Below the pieces are notes generated by a model. It ran no database searches, had not been told where the DNA came from, and was given only the letters and a program-made list of their open reading frames with translations. A stretch of 64,000 bases of DNA from Rhina ancylostomus (taxonomy: Eukaryota). A program made the position numbers and the translations under genes. Shown here piece by piece: positions 63,391 through 64,000 of the stretch (the stretch's first letter is position 1; each line of letters starts with the position of its first letter). The stretch spans positions 74,914,798-74,978,797 of the forward strand of contig JARFYF010000112.1 in assembly GCA_030265395.1 (NCBI GenBank), read 5' to 3'.

Positions 63391-64000
63391 TAATAACATG
63401 CTACTTATGCTTGATGGTTTTCCCGGTCTCTCCAAGTATGCATTGTGTGGCTGAGAAGTCGGTCAGTACATCACATTTAGAAGTATCCTGTTCATTGATT
63501 GACGAGGTGTAGTGTCAGCATCTAGTTGATTCTCATAGCAGTACTCCTGACTCTGTCTTCATCATGTGCTATTACTTGCTTGTGATGTGTGAGTCACCTG
63601 TGCCAACCAACTTTCTTAGCAATCTCATTGGAGTGTGGGTATCTGAACTGGTGCCTGGTCCGTGTAAGGCTAGTGACTGTAGATCCTCAGAATGAGTGAC
63701 TTCTGAGGAGTCTTCAACGTTCTTCTGCTGCATCTTTGGTGTATAAAGACATGAATTAGGACTATCAAGGTAAGAATAATTTAGATTATCATTATGCTCT
63801 TTGATTTTTGATGACTTTGAGGCTACATTATGACTGTTGCATGCAATGTGGGTAGATGGCACTCTGATTTTCAGGGTATTTTTAATGCCTCTGGCTATTC
63901 AAGTGTAAGTAGCAATGGTTTGAGGGCTACCTCCAGGTCTCTGCCTCTGCCTACTGATCTGTGCGCTCATTTCTGGGGAAGGACCAAGAATAATAAGAAC

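Noticed and set aside
1-64000. CRISPR arrays, operons, rRNA and tRNA genes
   Set aside because: Eukaryotic intron-exon locus with no regularly spaced repeats; the tRNA-like boxes belong to SINE heads.

Overview
Eukaryotic vertebrate genomic DNA, most likely from a cartilaginous fish (shark or ray), inferred from its CR1, V-SINE, DeuSINE and Penelope-type repeats. It is a draft assembly with eight N gaps. The window holds one complete + strand gene of the DBHS paraspeckle family, best matching NONO/p54nrb: a CpG-island promoter at about 1.1-1.4 kb, a non-coding first exon, nine core coding exons from 1635 to 38513 (486 aa; 499 aa with a 39-nt cassette exon at 31712-31750), and polyA signals near 39.3 kb. 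The main unexpected signal is on the minus strand inside the NONO introns either side of the 12164-12259 exon (about 10.3-16.4 kb): a decayed, multi-exon fibrillar-collagen-like gene (TSPN, Gly-X-Y and COLFI segments, resembling clade C COL24A1/COL27A1) with one still-intact Gly-X-Y exon. The transposon-poor last intron and downstream region carry several candidate poison or alternative terminal exons, suggesting SFPQ/PSPC1-style autoregulation. Also present are a solo-LTR-like element with a 4-bp TSD, degenerate hammerhead-like Penelope repeats and a near-perfect 31-bp-stem hairpin. All protein and repeat-family comparisons are by eye against sequences recalled from memory; no searches were run.
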